This document shows, in pieces, positions 42,529-52,562 of a stretch of 64,000 nt of DNA (position 1 is its first letter; each line of letters begins with the position of its first letter). The notes under the pieces were generated by a model. That model saw only the letters and a list, made by a program, of their open reading frames with translations, was not told where the DNA came from and did not search any database. The stretch comes from Acidobacteriota bacterium (lineage in GTDB: Bacteria > Acidobacteriota > Vicinamibacteria > Fen-336). The translations under genes were made by a program, and so were the position numbers. The DNA lies in the NCBI GenBank assembly GCA_022340585.1, contig JAJDNS010000190.1:4130-68129 (forward strand), in the 5' to 3' direction.

Positions 42529-43983
42529 GTGCTGATCCGCTGGGCGGCCGTCGGCTACATCCTCGGCCAGCTCCTCCTCGCTCTCGCTGTCTCCATGCTG
42601 CTCCCGATCGGCTGGGGGCTCGTGTTCGGGGGCGGGGGCCTCGAGGCCCTCGTCGGGTCGGCGCTCGTGACCGCGGCGTGCGGCGGCTCTCTTCTCGCGG
42701 CCCTGCCGCGCCCGGAGAGGGAGCTCAAGCAACGCGAGGCCCTGGCCCTGGTCGTGCTGGCCTGGTTCGTGGCCGCTGCTTTCGGCGCCCTGCCGTTCGT
42801 CTGGTCCGGCTACTTCCGCAGCGTGACGGACGCGGTGTTCGAGGCCACCTCCGGGTTCACCACCACCGGCGCCACCGTCCTCACCGACGTCGAGGTGCTT
42901 CCGGAGCCGATCCAGCTGTGGCGCTGCTTCAGCCACTGGCTCGGGGGAATGGGCATCGTCCTCCTGGGGCTCGCCATCCTGCCCCTGGTCGGACACGGCG
43001 GCATGTCGCTCTACCGGGCCGAGTTCTCGGGGGCGAAGTCGGAGAAGCTGAAGCCGCGCATCGCGGAGACCGCGCTCTCACTCTACAAGCTCTATGTGGC
43101 CTTCACCGTGGCCGAGGTGCTGGCCCTCCGTCTGGCCGGGATGACCTGGTTCGAAGCTCTCAGCCACGCCTTCTCGACCCTCGGTACCGGCGGTTTCTCC
43201 ACCCGCAACGCGAGCGTGGGAGGCTTCAACAGCCCGGCGATCGAGTGGATCATCATCGTCTTCATGCTGATGGCCGGGGCCAGCTTCGTCCAGCACTACC
43301 GGCTGTTCGTGGAACGGAAGCCCCGGACCTTCTTCACCGACTTCGAGGTGCGCGCCTACCTCCTGATCGCGTTCGCGGCCGCCGTCCTCATCACCCCGAC
43401 CCTGATTCTGTTCAATGGCTTCGACACCGACCGAGCGATCCGCGGGGCGGCGTTCCAGGTGACCTCCATCCTCACCACGACCGGCTTCGGCAGCGAGGAC
43501 TTCGAGCTCTGGTACCCGCTGGCCAAGATGATCCTGCTGGGGCTCATGTTCGTCGGCGGTTGCACAGGATCGACGGCGGGGGGGATCAAGGTCTCCCGCT
43601 CCGTCTTGCTGGCCCGGGTGGTGGGGCGGGAGTTCCGCCGGATGGTCGAGCGGCACGGGGTGTTCACGGTGCGGCTGGGGGGGCGGGTCGTCCCCGAGGT
43701 GACCATCCAGAGCCTCCTCAACCTGGTCTACCTCGCCTTCGTCGTACTCGCCCTGAGCTGCCTCCTCCTCGCGGCCCAGGGCGTCGACCTGCTCACGTCC
43801 ATCGCGGCCACCGTGGCGTGCATGTTCAACATCGGCCCCGGCTTCGGCTCCGTCGGTCCCACCGAGAACTACGCGCACCTGCCTGCGCTGTCGAAGTGGG
43901 TGCTCACGGTCTGCATGGTGGCGGGACGGCTGGAGTTCTACACCCTGATCGTGATCCTGACCCCGGACTTCTGGAAGAAGTAG
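42529..43983 (+). CDS. trkH: Trk potassium uptake membrane protein TrkH
   Basis: EATSGFTTTGATVL, STLGTGGFSTRN, ILTTTGFGSEDF, GGCTGSTAGGIKV (pore-loop repeats). Confidence 0.93.
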   Translation: MLIRWAAVGYILGQLLLALAVSMLLPIGWGLVFGGGGLEALVGSALVTAACGGSLLAALPRPERELKQREALALVVLAWFVAAAFGALPFVWSGYFRSVTDAVFEATSGFTTTGATVLTDVEVLPEPIQLWRCFSHWLGGMGIVLLGLAILPLVGHGGMSLYRAEFSGAKSEKLKPRIAETALSLYKLYVAFTVAEVLALRLAGMTWFEALSHAFSTLGTGGFSTRNASVGGFNSPAIEWIIIVFMLMAGASFVQHYRLFVERKPRTFFTDFEVRAYLLIAFAAAVLITPTLILFNGFDTDRAIRGAAFQVTSILTTTGFGSEDFELWYPLAKMILLGLMFVGGCTGSTAGGIKVSRSVLLARVVGREFRRMVERHGVFTVRLGGRVVPEVTIQSLLNLVYLAFVVLALSCLLLAAQGVDLLTSIAATVACMFNIGPGFGSVGPTENYAHLPALSKWVLTVCMVAGRLEFYTLIVILTPDFWKK

Positions 43984-45872
43984 TGGCCTTCTTCGGCGCC
44001 CATGGGCAGCTTGCCCGCGTTCTCCCCGGCTACGAGGAGCGTCCGGCCCAGCAGCGGCTCGCGGAGGCGGTCCGGGGGGTGCTCGAGGACGGGGGGTTGC
44101 TCCTGGCGGAGGCCGGGACGGGAACCGGGAAGACCCTGGCCTACCTCCTGCCGGCGGTCGAGCTCGGGCGCCGGGTGGTGGTGTCCACCGGGACGAAGAA
44201 CCTCCAGGAGCAGCTCGTCAACAAGGACATCCCCCTCCTGGCGAAGGCGCTGGGTCGCGAGGTCTCGGTGGCGGTCATGAAGGGACGGGGGAACTACCTC
44301 TGTCTCCTCCGTCACGCCTCGTTCGCGAAGGGGGGAACGTTCCGGCAGACGGACGAGATCCCGCTCTTCGAATCCGTGGAGGCGTGGGCCACCGAGACCG
44401 AGACCGGTGACCGGGCCGAGATCGCCGACCTGCCCGACACCGTCGACTTCTGGCGCGAGATCTCGGCCACGAGCGAGACCTGCATCGGTCAGTCGTGCTC
44501 GGTCTACGACGCCTGCTGGGTGACGAAGATGCGCCAGCGGGCCCTGGAGGCCGACCTCGTGGTGGTCAATCACCACCTTCTGTGCGCGGACCTCGCGGTC
44601 AAGGATGGGAGCTACGGGCAGGTGATCCCTCCCTACGACACCGTCATCCTCGACGAGGCCCACCTGGTCGAGGACGTGGCCACCCAGTACTTCGGCGTGC
44701 AGGTCTCCTCATACCGAGTGGAGGAGCTGACCCGGGACGTCGAGAGTGCTCTCAAGGAGGCTCAACTCGATGCCCGGGAGGTGCGGTCCGAGCTCGCCAG
44801 TGTGCGGATGCGATCCGAGCGGCTCTTCCGACAGCTCTCTCGCGGTCCCGCGCGCCGCCTGCCTCCCAACTGGATCACGACCCGGGCCACGGAGGAGGCG
44901 CTGGCCCTGCTCCAGCGTCTCGAAGGGCTGCGCACCGCGTTGCTCGCGATTCCCGATCGGCCGGAGACGATCGCCGGGCTCGCGGGTCGCTGCCTCACTC
45001 TCGCTGGTGAGCTCGCCTTCCTCTTCAAGGCGGAGGACGACGGGCACGTCTACTTCATCGAGACGCGAGGCCGCGGCGTGTTCCTCCGCGCGATGCCCAT
45101 CGACGTTTCCGAGCGGCTCAAGGAGCTGATGTTCGATCAGGTGCGGGCCGCGGTCCTGACCTCGGCCACGCTCGCCGTCGACGGCGGATTCTCCTTCCTG
45201 AGGGACCGACTCGGGATCGAGGCCACCGACGAGCTCCTGCTGCCCTCGCCCTTCTACTTCGAGGACCAGGCGGTCCTCTACGTGCCCCGGGGACTGCCCG
45301 AGCCGCCGGCACCGGGGTTCGTGGACCACGCCGCCGAGGAGATCGTCCATCTTCTCGAGCTCTCGAGGGGCCGGGCCTTCGTCCTGTTCACCTCCTACGC
45401 CAACATGAACGCGGTGGCGGAGCGGATCGCGGGGCGGATCGACTACCCGCTCTTCATCCAGGGCGAGGCGCCCAAGCCGGCGCTTCTCGAGACCTTCCGC
45501 GCGACTCCGCACGCCGTGCTCCTCGCCACGGCCTCCTTCTGGCAGGGAGTGGACGTGGTGGGAGAGCAGCTCTCCTGCGTGATCATCGACAAGCTCCCCT
45601 TCGCCTCGCCCGGCGACCCGGTGGTCGGGGCCCGCATCGACCGTCTCCGCAGCCGCGGCCGAAACCCGTTTGCCGAGTACCAGGTGCCGGTGGCGGTCCT
45701 GACGCTGAAGCAGGGTCTCGGCCGACTCATCCGGTCGGCTTCCGATACCGGCATCCTGGCTGTCCTCGACAGCCGCCTCGTCCGGAAGGCCTACGGACAG
45801 CGTTTCCTGGAGAGCCTGCCCCCGGCCCGCCTCGTCCACGACCTGGCCGAGGTCGAGCGCTTCATGGCCTGA
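43983..45872 (+). CDS. dinG: ATP-dependent DNA helicase, DinG/XPD (Rad3-related) family with Fe-S cluster cysteines
   Basis: GTG 43983 overlaps the trkH TAG stop by 1 nt. AEAGTGTGKTLAYLLP, cysteine cluster C..(n)..CIGQSCSVYDACW, VVNHHLL, ILDEAHL, C-terminal FWQGVDV...IDKLPF. Confidence 0.88.
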   Translation: MAFFGAHGQLARVLPGYEERPAQQRLAEAVRGVLEDGGLLLAEAGTGTGKTLAYLLPAVELGRRVVVSTGTKNLQEQLVNKDIPLLAKALGREVSVAVMKGRGNYLCLLRHASFAKGGTFRQTDEIPLFESVEAWATETETGDRAEIADLPDTVDFWREISATSETCIGQSCSVYDACWVTKMRQRALEADLVVVNHHLLCADLAVKDGSYGQVIPPYDTVILDEAHLVEDVATQYFGVQVSSYRVEELTRDVESALKEAQLDAREVRSELASVRMRSERLFRQLSRGPARRLPPNWITTRATEEALALLQRLEGLRTALLAIPDRPETIAGLAGRCLTLAGELAFLFKAEDDGHVYFIETRGRGVFLRAMPIDVSERLKELMFDQVRAAVLTSATLAVDGGFSFLRDRLGIEATDELLLPSPFYFEDQAVLYVPRGLPEPPAPGFVDHAAEEIVHLLELSRGRAFVLFTSYANMNAVAERIAGRIDYPLFIQGEAPKPALLETFRATPHAVLLATASFWQGVDVVGEQLSCVIIDKLPFASPGDPVVGARIDRLRSRGRNPFAEYQVPVAVLTLKQGLGRLIRSASDTGILAVLDSRLVRKAYGQRFLESLPPARLVHDLAEVERFMA

Positions 45873-46029
45873 GGCCGGCGTGCCGGCGCCCGCCGTCCTG
45901 TGATCGAGGCCACAATTGGAAGGGCATGGGTCCCCGGAGGCCCCAAGATGGAGTATCCTCTGGGCACGTGTGTGGACAGCCCGCGGCGCCGGATCGGCGC
46001 GGGGCTGCGCCCCTCGACAAGGAGGTTCG

Positions 46030-47328
46030 ATGATCGTCGCTCTCCGACCGCGTGCGTTGGCGGCCCTGGCAGCGCTGGGGCTGCTCGTGGGCTCGACCGG
46101 CCGGGCCGAAGCCGGTGGCTTCGAGATCTACAACCAGGGCGCCCGGGCCATGGGCTTCGCCGGCGCCTACGTGGCCCAGGCCTACGATCCCTCCGCCATC
46201 TACTTCAACGCAGCGGGGATTGGCATGCTCCGGGGGACTCATCTCTACGTGAGCGCCGGCTTCGGGAGCCTCAATACCGACTTCACCGGTGAGGGGCCCT
46301 ATCCGCCAGCGGGAACCCTCGAGACGACCGACGGTGGGCTCGGGGTCCTTCCCAGCATCTACCTCACGACCCAGGTCGCGGACGACTGGGTCCTGGGGCT
46401 CGGCTTCTACACCCAGTTCGGGACCCGCGCCCTGTGGGAGAACCCGGACGAGTTCACCGGTCGCTACATCTGCACCGACTGCCGCATCCGGGCCCGAAAC
46501 CTGAATCCCACCGTGTCCTACAAGATCGAGGACCGGCTCACCATCGGCGCCGGTCTCGACATCCTCTTCGCGAGCTTCGACCATCAGCAGCGCCTCGTGG
46601 CCGACCCCAACCCGTTCCCCGACCCCACCGACGTGGCCGAGCTGACGATCACCGGCGCCAGCGACACCAGCTTCGGGTGGAACGCGGGCATCCTGGCCAG
46701 CCCGTCGGAGAACTTCTCGATCGGGCTGCACTACCGCAGCAAGGTGAGTGCGGAGTACGAAGGGGAGGCCGACTTCAACCAGATCCTGACCGGCGACGAC
46801 GTCGTGGACACGATCGTGGCCGCGAGCCTGCCACCGCGACAGCCCGTGCTCGTCAGCCACAACTACCCGGCCAGCATCACGGGAGGCATCGCCATTCGTC
46901 GGGAGAACTGGACGATCGAAGGAGACCTCATCTACACCTTCTGGTCGAGCTTCGACAGCGTGCTGTTCGCCTACCCCGACGGCGAGGGGATCACCGCGAC
47001 CGAGCTGGTGCAGGACTACGAAACCATATGGGAAGGACGACTGGGCATCGAGTACCTCCTGAGTGACACCTGGGCGGTGCGGGGCGGCTACGCGTACGAC
47101 CACAGCCCCCAGCCCACCGACACCATCTCGCCGTTTCTGCACGACGAGGACCGGCACGTCTTCGGGCTCGGCGGGACCTATCGGTACGAGAACCTGGAGC
47201 TGGATCTCTTCGGCCGCTACCTGCTCTTCCGGGACCGCTCGACTGACGGGCTGAGCCGCTACGGGTACGAGGGTCTGTACAAGACGACCTCGTTCCAGGT
47301 GGGGGCGGCCATCGGCTACCGGTTCTGA
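46030..47328 (+). CDS. fadL: outer-membrane transport protein, OMPP1/FadL/TodX family
   Basis: AAGGAGG Shine-Dalgarno before ATG 46030. Signal peptide, then GGFEIYNQGARAMGFAGAYVAQAYDPSAIYFNAAG. C-terminal ...VGAAIGYRF. Confidence 0.85.
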   Translation: MIVALRPRALAALAALGLLVGSTGRAEAGGFEIYNQGARAMGFAGAYVAQAYDPSAIYFNAAGIGMLRGTHLYVSAGFGSLNTDFTGEGPYPPAGTLETTDGGLGVLPSIYLTTQVADDWVLGLGFYTQFGTRALWENPDEFTGRYICTDCRIRARNLNPTVSYKIEDRLTIGAGLDILFASFDHQQRLVADPNPFPDPTDVAELTITGASDTSFGWNAGILASPSENFSIGLHYRSKVSAEYEGEADFNQILTGDDVVDTIVAASLPPRQPVLVSHNYPASITGGIAIRRENWTIEGDLIYTFWSSFDSVLFAYPDGEGITATELVQDYETIWEGRLGIEYLLSDTWAVRGGYAYDHSPQPTDTISPFLHDEDRHVFGLGGTYRYENLELDLFGRYLLFRDRSTDGLSRYGYEGLYKTTSFQVGAAIGYRF

Positions 47329-47425
47329 GGACCGAACCGGCCCACGGCCGGATGCCCTGGCCGAGGACAGGATCCGGCCATGGCGATCGAGTCCCTGGCA
47401 GTGTTCGGATCGTTCGAGTCATACC

Positions 47426-47458
47426 GGGGGGCGACGAGCCGCATGCTCGTCGCCCCCC
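47426..47458 (+). terminator. intrinsic-terminator-like hairpin after the fadL-like gene
   Basis: GGGGGGCGACGAGC-cgcat-GCTCGTCGCCCCCC is a perfect 14-bp stem, followed by GTTCT. The U-tract is weak, as is common in GC-rich genomes. Confidence 0.6.
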
Positions 47459-47543
47459 GTTCTGAGCCCCCGCAAGGGAGAATCGCCTGGACCGCCGATC
47501 TTTTCTCGGGCGTGCCGCCCTCCTCTCCTGGTCGGCTCGCCGG

Positions 47544-48356
47544 GTGGTGCCGATGAACGAAGGGCAGGATCCGGTGTCCCGTTCGGTGCGCGTCGGCATG
47601 TGCCAGCTCCTCGTGAAGGCCGGGGCCGGCGACGACAACCTGACCCGGGCGCGGGCGCTGGTGGCCCGCGCTCGAGAGGAGCGGTGCGACGTCGCCCTCC
47701 TCCCCGAGTGCCTCGATGTCGGGTGGACCCACCCCGAGGCTCCGCGGCGGGCGCAGCCTGTCCCGGGGCCCGTGAGCGATGTGCTCGCCGAGGCCGCCCG
47801 GGCCCACGGGATCTGGGTCGTCGCCGGTCTCACCGAGCGGGCCGGGGACCGGACCTTCAACACCTCGATCCTGCTCGATGATCGCGGCCGGATTCGCCTC
47901 CGTCATCACAAGATCAACGAGCTCGATATCGCGTGGGACCTCTACACGCGGGGCACGAAGCTGGAGGTCGCCGACACCCCCTTCGGCCGGGTCGGCATCA
48001 CGATCTGCGCGGACAACTCGCCGGCGTCGGTAGAGCTGGGGCTGGCCCTGGGGACCATGGGGGCTCGGCTGATTCTCTCGCCCTGCGCGTGGGCGGTGGA
48101 TTCCGACCACGACAACGAGAAGGAGCCCTACGGGCGGGACGTCTGGGACCCGGCGTACACGATCCTCGCCGAGAAGAGGGGAATCGCCACCGTCGGCGTC
48201 TCCAACGTCGGTCGCCTCGATGCCGGTCCCTGGGAGGGACGACTCTGCATCGGCAGCTCGCTGGCCATGGGAGGCGACGGCACGGTCCTGGCTCGGGCCC
48301 CGTACGGCGTGGCCGCGGAGACGATGCTGGCCGTGGACGTCCCCCTGACGGAGTGA
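47544..48356 (+). CDS. carbon-nitrogen hydrolase (nitrilase superfamily) protein
   Basis: VRVGMCQL...ALLPEC (catalytic Glu region), RHHKINE (Lys), ITICADN (catalytic Cys). ATG 47553 is an alternative start. Confidence 0.85.
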   Translation: MVPMNEGQDPVSRSVRVGMCQLLVKAGAGDDNLTRARALVARAREERCDVALLPECLDVGWTHPEAPRRAQPVPGPVSDVLAEAARAHGIWVVAGLTERAGDRTFNTSILLDDRGRIRLRHHKINELDIAWDLYTRGTKLEVADTPFGRVGITICADNSPASVELGLALGTMGARLILSPCAWAVDSDHDNEKEPYGRDVWDPAYTILAEKRGIATVGVSNVGRLDAGPWEGRLCIGSSLAMGGDGTVLARAPYGVAAETMLAVDVPLTE

Positions 48357-48451
48357 GTCAGACGCTCCCGCCAGTGGTGCAGAGCCAGGAGCCGGGGTCT
48401 CGTCGGTGGGCCGGCCCTGCCGCCGCGCCGTCCAGCTCGACCGCGTCGGCG

Positions 48452-49387
48452 CTAGGGGGAGACGGGCGGAACGCCCTTCACGAACGAGACCGTCAGCTCC
48501 AGGGCGTCGAGCGCGCCCTGCAGAAGCACCTCGCCGCGCTCGAGGTCGGGGCGGTCCTGGCCCTGGGGGCCGAGCACGAAGTCGTGGTAGCCGTGCTCGT
48601 AGACGTCGAGGCGGACCGACTTGCCGGCCCTCGCCAGCTCGTCGTGCAGCGTCCTGGCCATCGACTCCAGCCGGTCCTCGGTACCCACGAGGATCAGGAC
48701 CGGGGTCTGGATCGGGGCGACGTTGGCCGAGGCCACCTCCGGGTCGGGCTTCATTGCCGAGAGATCGGGGCGTTCGGCCCCTTCGGGGCGCTTCATCCCC
48801 AGGAACCAGATGGGGGCGGGCGCGCCCAGGACGGCGGCGTGAATGGTCGGCTTCCTCGAGATCAGGAACGAGACCAGGTTTCCGCCGAGGCTGACGCCGT
48901 AGAGGTTGACCCGGGAGGCGTCGACGTAGGGCAGCTTCTCGACGTAGTCGATCACCGCGAGGCCGTCGTCGATCGCGGTGGCGCCATTCCCGGTGGACGG
49001 CACGTTCGCGGTGTCCCAGTCACCGCCGCGGTAGTCGCCCACCGCCACCACGAAGCCCTCCTGCAGGAAGCGCTCCCACACCGGGCCACCCGTGGCCCCG
49101 AGTGACCAGCCCGAGATCTGCTCCATCCCGCGCCCCCCGGGCGCGCCGTGGAAGATGATGATGGCCGGGAAGGGACCCTCGCCTCGCGGTCTGCGGATCG
49201 CGGTCGCGACGTAGGTCCCGTCCTTTGACTTGACGTAGACCTGCTGCAGGGGGGAGTCGGCTTCGCTCACCACCCGCACGTACTTCTCGTAGGGGAGAGC
49301 GTCCGGACCACCCCCGTGCCGATGAACCTCGGCGTTGGCGGCGAGCGGAATGGACGCCATCAGGACGACGACGAGAACGCTCTTCAT
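48452..49387 (-). CDS. secreted alpha/beta hydrolase (dienelactone hydrolase / S9 peptidase-like)
   Basis: Signal peptide MKSVLVVVLMASIPLAANA. IIFHGAPGG, nucleophile elbow YGVSLGGNL, LVGTEDR, YEHGYHDF. Confidence 0.85.
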   Translation of the reverse strand: MKSVLVVVLMASIPLAANAEVHRHGGGPDALPYEKYVRVVSEADSPLQQVYVKSKDGTYVATAIRRPRGEGPFPAIIIFHGAPGGRGMEQISGWSLGATGGPVWERFLQEGFVVAVGDYRGGDWDTANVPSTGNGATAIDDGLAVIDYVEKLPYVDASRVNLYGVSLGGNLVSFLISRKPTIHAAVLGAPAPIWFLGMKRPEGAERPDLSAMKPDPEVASANVAPIQTPVLILVGTEDRLESMARTLHDELARAGKSVRLDVYEHGYHDFVLGPQGQDRPDLERGEVLLQGALDALELTVSFVKGVPPVSP

Positions 49388-49440
49388 GCGCGCAGTCTAG
49401 AGGACGACTGCCTGGGCGTCCACCGTGTCGTGACGTCTCG

Positions 49441-50511
49441 CTACTCGACCCTGGTCGCGGTGTTGGTGTCCCCACCCAGGCGGAAGGTGAGGCCCGTGAC
49501 CGTGCCGTCGGGCTTCAGATCGAAGTCCACGTCGCCGGCGGTCCAGCGCAGCGAGAAGGCGCCCTCGGAGTGGGGCACGAGCTCAAGCGCGCGACCGCCG
49601 ATCGCGCAGAGGAGTGTGCGCCCCTTTAGCGTGACCGTGTAGACCGACCGCCCCTCTCCCTCGACCTCGTACCGGCCCACGTACCGCTCGAGCTGCGAGA
49701 GAGACAGGTTGACCACCGGCCGCGGGTCGGGGGTCGGCAGCGTGGTGGGCCCTTCCGGCAGCTCGCGCAGCCAGATGTTCCGGTAGCGGACCGGGTTCCC
49801 GTGGTCCTGGAGGCCCAGCGGCAGCCTGTCCGCGTGGGCGGTGTAGGGCTGGGCCTGGAGCCACGCGGTCGGACCCCACGGCTCCACCCCGTCCTGGACG
49901 AGGATGCCGTTGTGGAACACCGTCACTCGCGCCGGGGTGGCGAGCCCGCCGTCGGGGTGGAAGCGGGGCCGGCGGAAGACGATGTCGTAGGTCTGCCACT
50001 CGCCCGGCGGGCGGCACGCGTTGACCAGCGGTGGGTACTGGCCGTAGATCGCCGCGGCCTGGCCGTCGGGGTAGGTGTCGTTCTGGTACGAGTCCAGGAC
50101 CTGCACCTCGTACAAGCCCATGAGAAAGACCCCGCTGTTGCCCCGGCCCTGACTCGTGCCCCGGGCGGGCACGGGCGTCGCCCACTCCACGTGGAGCTGG
50201 ACATCGCCGAAGCCCCGGGCCGAGAACAGGTAGCCGCTGCCCGGAACCGACTCGATGGCCCCGTCCACGATCACCCACTTCGCGGGACCGCCGTCGGCGC
50301 TGCGCCAACCTGAGAGGTCCGTGCCGTCGAAGAGGACGATCGCGTCGGCCGGTGGCGGGACGGGGAGGGCCTGCGGCGCGGGCTGGACCACGGGCGGGCG
50401 CGGCCGGCTCATGTCGTGGGCCTTGAAGCCGGTGAGCGACTGGGCGGGGGCGAGGGCCGCGGACGAGGTGAGCGCGGCGAGCGCGGTGAGCACGACGACA
50501 GAGGTCTTCAT
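49441..50511 (-). CDS. secreted DUF1080-like (3-keto-disaccharide hydrolase fold) protein with extra C-terminal beta domain
   Basis: AGGAG before ATG 50511. LFDGTDLSGWRSADGGPAKWVIVDGAI...FGDVQLHVEW...NSGVFLMGLYEVQVLDS...GEWQTYDIVFRRP. Confidence 0.8.
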   Translation of the reverse strand: MKTSVVVLTALAALTSSAALAPAQSLTGFKAHDMSRPRPPVVQPAPQALPVPPPADAIVLFDGTDLSGWRSADGGPAKWVIVDGAIESVPGSGYLFSARGFGDVQLHVEWATPVPARGTSQGRGNSGVFLMGLYEVQVLDSYQNDTYPDGQAAAIYGQYPPLVNACRPPGEWQTYDIVFRRPRFHPDGGLATPARVTVFHNGILVQDGVEPWGPTAWLQAQPYTAHADRLPLGLQDHGNPVRYRNIWLRELPEGPTTLPTPDPRPVVNLSLSQLERYVGRYEVEGEGRSVYTVTLKGRTLLCAIGGRALELVPHSEGAFSLRWTAGDVDFDLKPDGTVTGLTFRLGGDTNTATRVE

Positions 50512-50555
50512 GGGGAGCACTCCTATCCGAACGGGGCGTTCAATACAAGCGGTGG

Positions 50556-51533
50556 CTACCATTTCTCCTGCTCGACGCGATAGCCCCGGCTCTCGGCCAC
50601 CTGGCGGACGTCGGCCATGGGTGCCGCGCCTCCGCAGATCATGACCACCGTGCTCCCGGGACGCAGACGCGCCCGGAGGGCGGCGAGCTCGACGCCGGCG
50701 GGAAGCTGCGGTGGCACTGCTCGGGCCGCCGCTACCTCGAGGTCCGTGGTGTCCTCTCCGGTCGCCCGGGCTCGGTCGAGAGCGGCCTCCTCGGCCATGG
50801 GCAGGCCGAGGGCCAGGCGGAGCACGTTGTTGGCCCGCCCTCGGCCCACCGTCTCCCGGGCCTGCTCGTCACCGGGCCGGCTCACGGACGGCACGTAGAC
50901 GAAGTCGAAGCGGCCCGCGGCGGCGATGGCGTCCAGCTCGTTGTGGAAGGCGAGCTCGGGCCACGTTCGGTTCGCGTAGAGGAGCGTGACCTGGGGAGGG
51001 ACGGGCCGGCCCTTCGAGGCGTCGTGGTCGACCTGGCGCACCATCGAGACCAGCGGCGCGATCCCGGTGCCGGTGGCGACCATGAGCACGTGAGTGGCCT
51101 CGTGGACGCGCCGGGAGAGGGTGAAGTCGCCGACGATGCGCTCGACGTATTGCATGAGACCTCCCTGGCGGGGCTCCATGTCGAAGAGCGATTCGGTGAA
51201 GCGCCCGAGGGAGCTCGCCATCTCGAGCACCACGAGGAACTCGACGTGAGAGTCACGCTCGGTCTGGAACGGGGCGGAGGCGAGGGAGTAGGCGTGGGTC
51301 ACCGGGCCCCGCCTCTGCCGTCCCGTCTCGTCGAGCTCGGGGAGGTAGCGGGGGCGTCCGTCGGGTCCAGCCACCCGCCGGGTGAGCCGGCAGTCGTCGC
51401 GTCGCAGCGCCAGGTACTGGCCCGCCTCGTAGGCGGGGAACCGGTGACCTCCCTCGGGCGCGAGGCGGAAGCGGGCGAGGACGGGCGAGAGCTGTCTCCA
51501 CGACGTGATGGTGCCGGCTCGGATGTCGGGCAT
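50556..51533 (-). CDS. ferredoxin-NADP(+) reductase-like FAD/NAD(P)-binding oxidoreductase
   Basis: FPAYEAGQYLALRR, THAYSLAS (R-x-Y-S-like FAD motif), VLMVATGTGIAPLVSM (NAD(P) motif). Confidence 0.8.
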   Translation of the reverse strand: MPDIRAGTITSWRQLSPVLARFRLAPEGGHRFPAYEAGQYLALRRDDCRLTRRVAGPDGRPRYLPELDETGRQRRGPVTHAYSLASAPFQTERDSHVEFLVVLEMASSLGRFTESLFDMEPRQGGLMQYVERIVGDFTLSRRVHEATHVLMVATGTGIAPLVSMVRQVDHDASKGRPVPPQVTLLYANRTWPELAFHNELDAIAAAGRFDFVYVPSVSRPGDEQARETVGRGRANNVLRLALGLPMAEEAALDRARATGEDTTDLEVAAARAVPPQLPAGVELAALRARLRPGSTVVMICGGAAPMADVRQVAESRGYRVEQEKW

Positions 51534-51545
51534 GATCGATCGAGG

Positions 51546-52463
51546 TTAGTCGCTGCGCAGCGAGGGATCAACGGCGGTGGCGGCGAGGACGGGCGCCGCG
51601 TGGCGTATGCGCAGGGCCAGTGTGGCCGCCACCACCACGAGGACCGCGCCGGCGACGAACAGGCGGTCGGGCAGCTGGCCCCAGAGAAGCCAGTCCAGAA
51701 CACCGGCGAACACCGGCCCGGCGTAGAGGAAGGGGCCGATGCGCGCGGCCGGGGCGTAGACGTAGGCGCGGGTGAGGGTGAGCTGGCCGATGGTGGCGAG
51801 GACGCACATGAGCACGAGGATGGCCCAGGTGGCCGGCGACGGAGTGCGCCAGGTGAGCGCGGCCGGAGGGGCGGCGGCGAGCGAGGCGATGAGGCCGAAG
51901 TAGAAGACGATGCGGGTGACCGGCTCGGTCCGGGTGAGGCGGCGGATGCCGACCTGGGCGACGGAGGCCAGGACCGCCGAGGCCAGGCCGACGAGGGCGA
52001 CGGGCTGGAAGACGCCGGAGCCGGGGCGGAGGATCAGGAGCAGCCCGCCGAAGCCGACCAGGAGCGCTCGCCACAGGCGCGGCGGGATGGACTCGCCCAG
52101 CCAGACCCGCTCCACGAGGGGAACGAAGAGGGGGATCGACTGGTTCAGGAGGACCGCGTCGGCCAGCGGGAGGCGGGCGATGGCGTAGAAGTAGCAGGAC
52201 ACCGCGGCCACCCCGGCGAGCCCGCGCACGAGGTGGCCCCGAAGGTCCTCGGTCCGGAGGGCCCCTCGTCCGCCGCGCAGAAGCCAGGGGGCGAGGAAGA
52301 CCAGCATGAGGAAGTGACGAAAGAAGACGATCGGGGCGTTGGGCATTTCCCGGGAGATGACCCGCACCCCGGCGGCCATTCCCGCGAAGAGGAGAGCGGA
52401 GACGATCATGAGGAGAGCGCCGCGACGGATGTCGAAGGGCTGCCCGGGGGAGGCGTGGGTCAT
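51546..52463 (-). CDS. EamA/DMT-family transporter
   Basis: Inner ATG 52463 (MTHASPGQPFDIRRGALLMIVSALLFAGM). It has ten hydrophobic helices in two EamA-like halves. Confidence 0.85.
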   Translation of the reverse strand: MTHASPGQPFDIRRGALLMIVSALLFAGMAAGVRVISREMPNAPIVFFRHFLMLVFLAPWLLRGGRGALRTEDLRGHLVRGLAGVAAVSCYFYAIARLPLADAVLLNQSIPLFVPLVERVWLGESIPPRLWRALLVGFGGLLLILRPGSGVFQPVALVGLASAVLASVAQVGIRRLTRTEPVTRIVFYFGLIASLAAAPPAALTWRTPSPATWAILVLMCVLATIGQLTLTRAYVYAPAARIGPFLYAGPVFAGVLDWLLWGQLPDRLFVAGAVLVVVAATLALRIRHAAPVLAATAVDPSLRSD

Positions 52464-52562
52464 GAGCGGGACATCATACTCGGCGGTGGCGACGGACACC
52501 GGACGGGTCCCTCGCTGGACAGCCGCTCGCCGGGGCGGCACCATGAGCGACTGGAGGGCCAC

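Noticed and set aside
41400-43982. N-terminal ~860 codons of the 1490-aa plus-strand ORF 41400..45872
   Set aside because: This part is an off-frame read-through of trkA and trkH (Arg/Pro/Gly-rich). Only the part from GTG 43983 onwards encodes a real protein, the DinG-like helicase.
47390-47566. 58-codon ORF (MAIESLAVFGSFESY...) between the fadL-like and nitrilase-family genes
   Set aside because: It runs straight through the 14-bp-stem terminator hairpin. It has no Shine-Dalgarno sequence or promoter-like hexamer, and its composition is poor.
52464-52562. preQ1 riboswitch upstream of queD-queE-queC
   Set aside because: I could not find the short hairpin plus A-rich tail of preQ1-I, or anything resembling preQ1-II/III. 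The region is GC-rich and has no A-tract. An Infernal scan against the Rfam preQ1 families would settle it.
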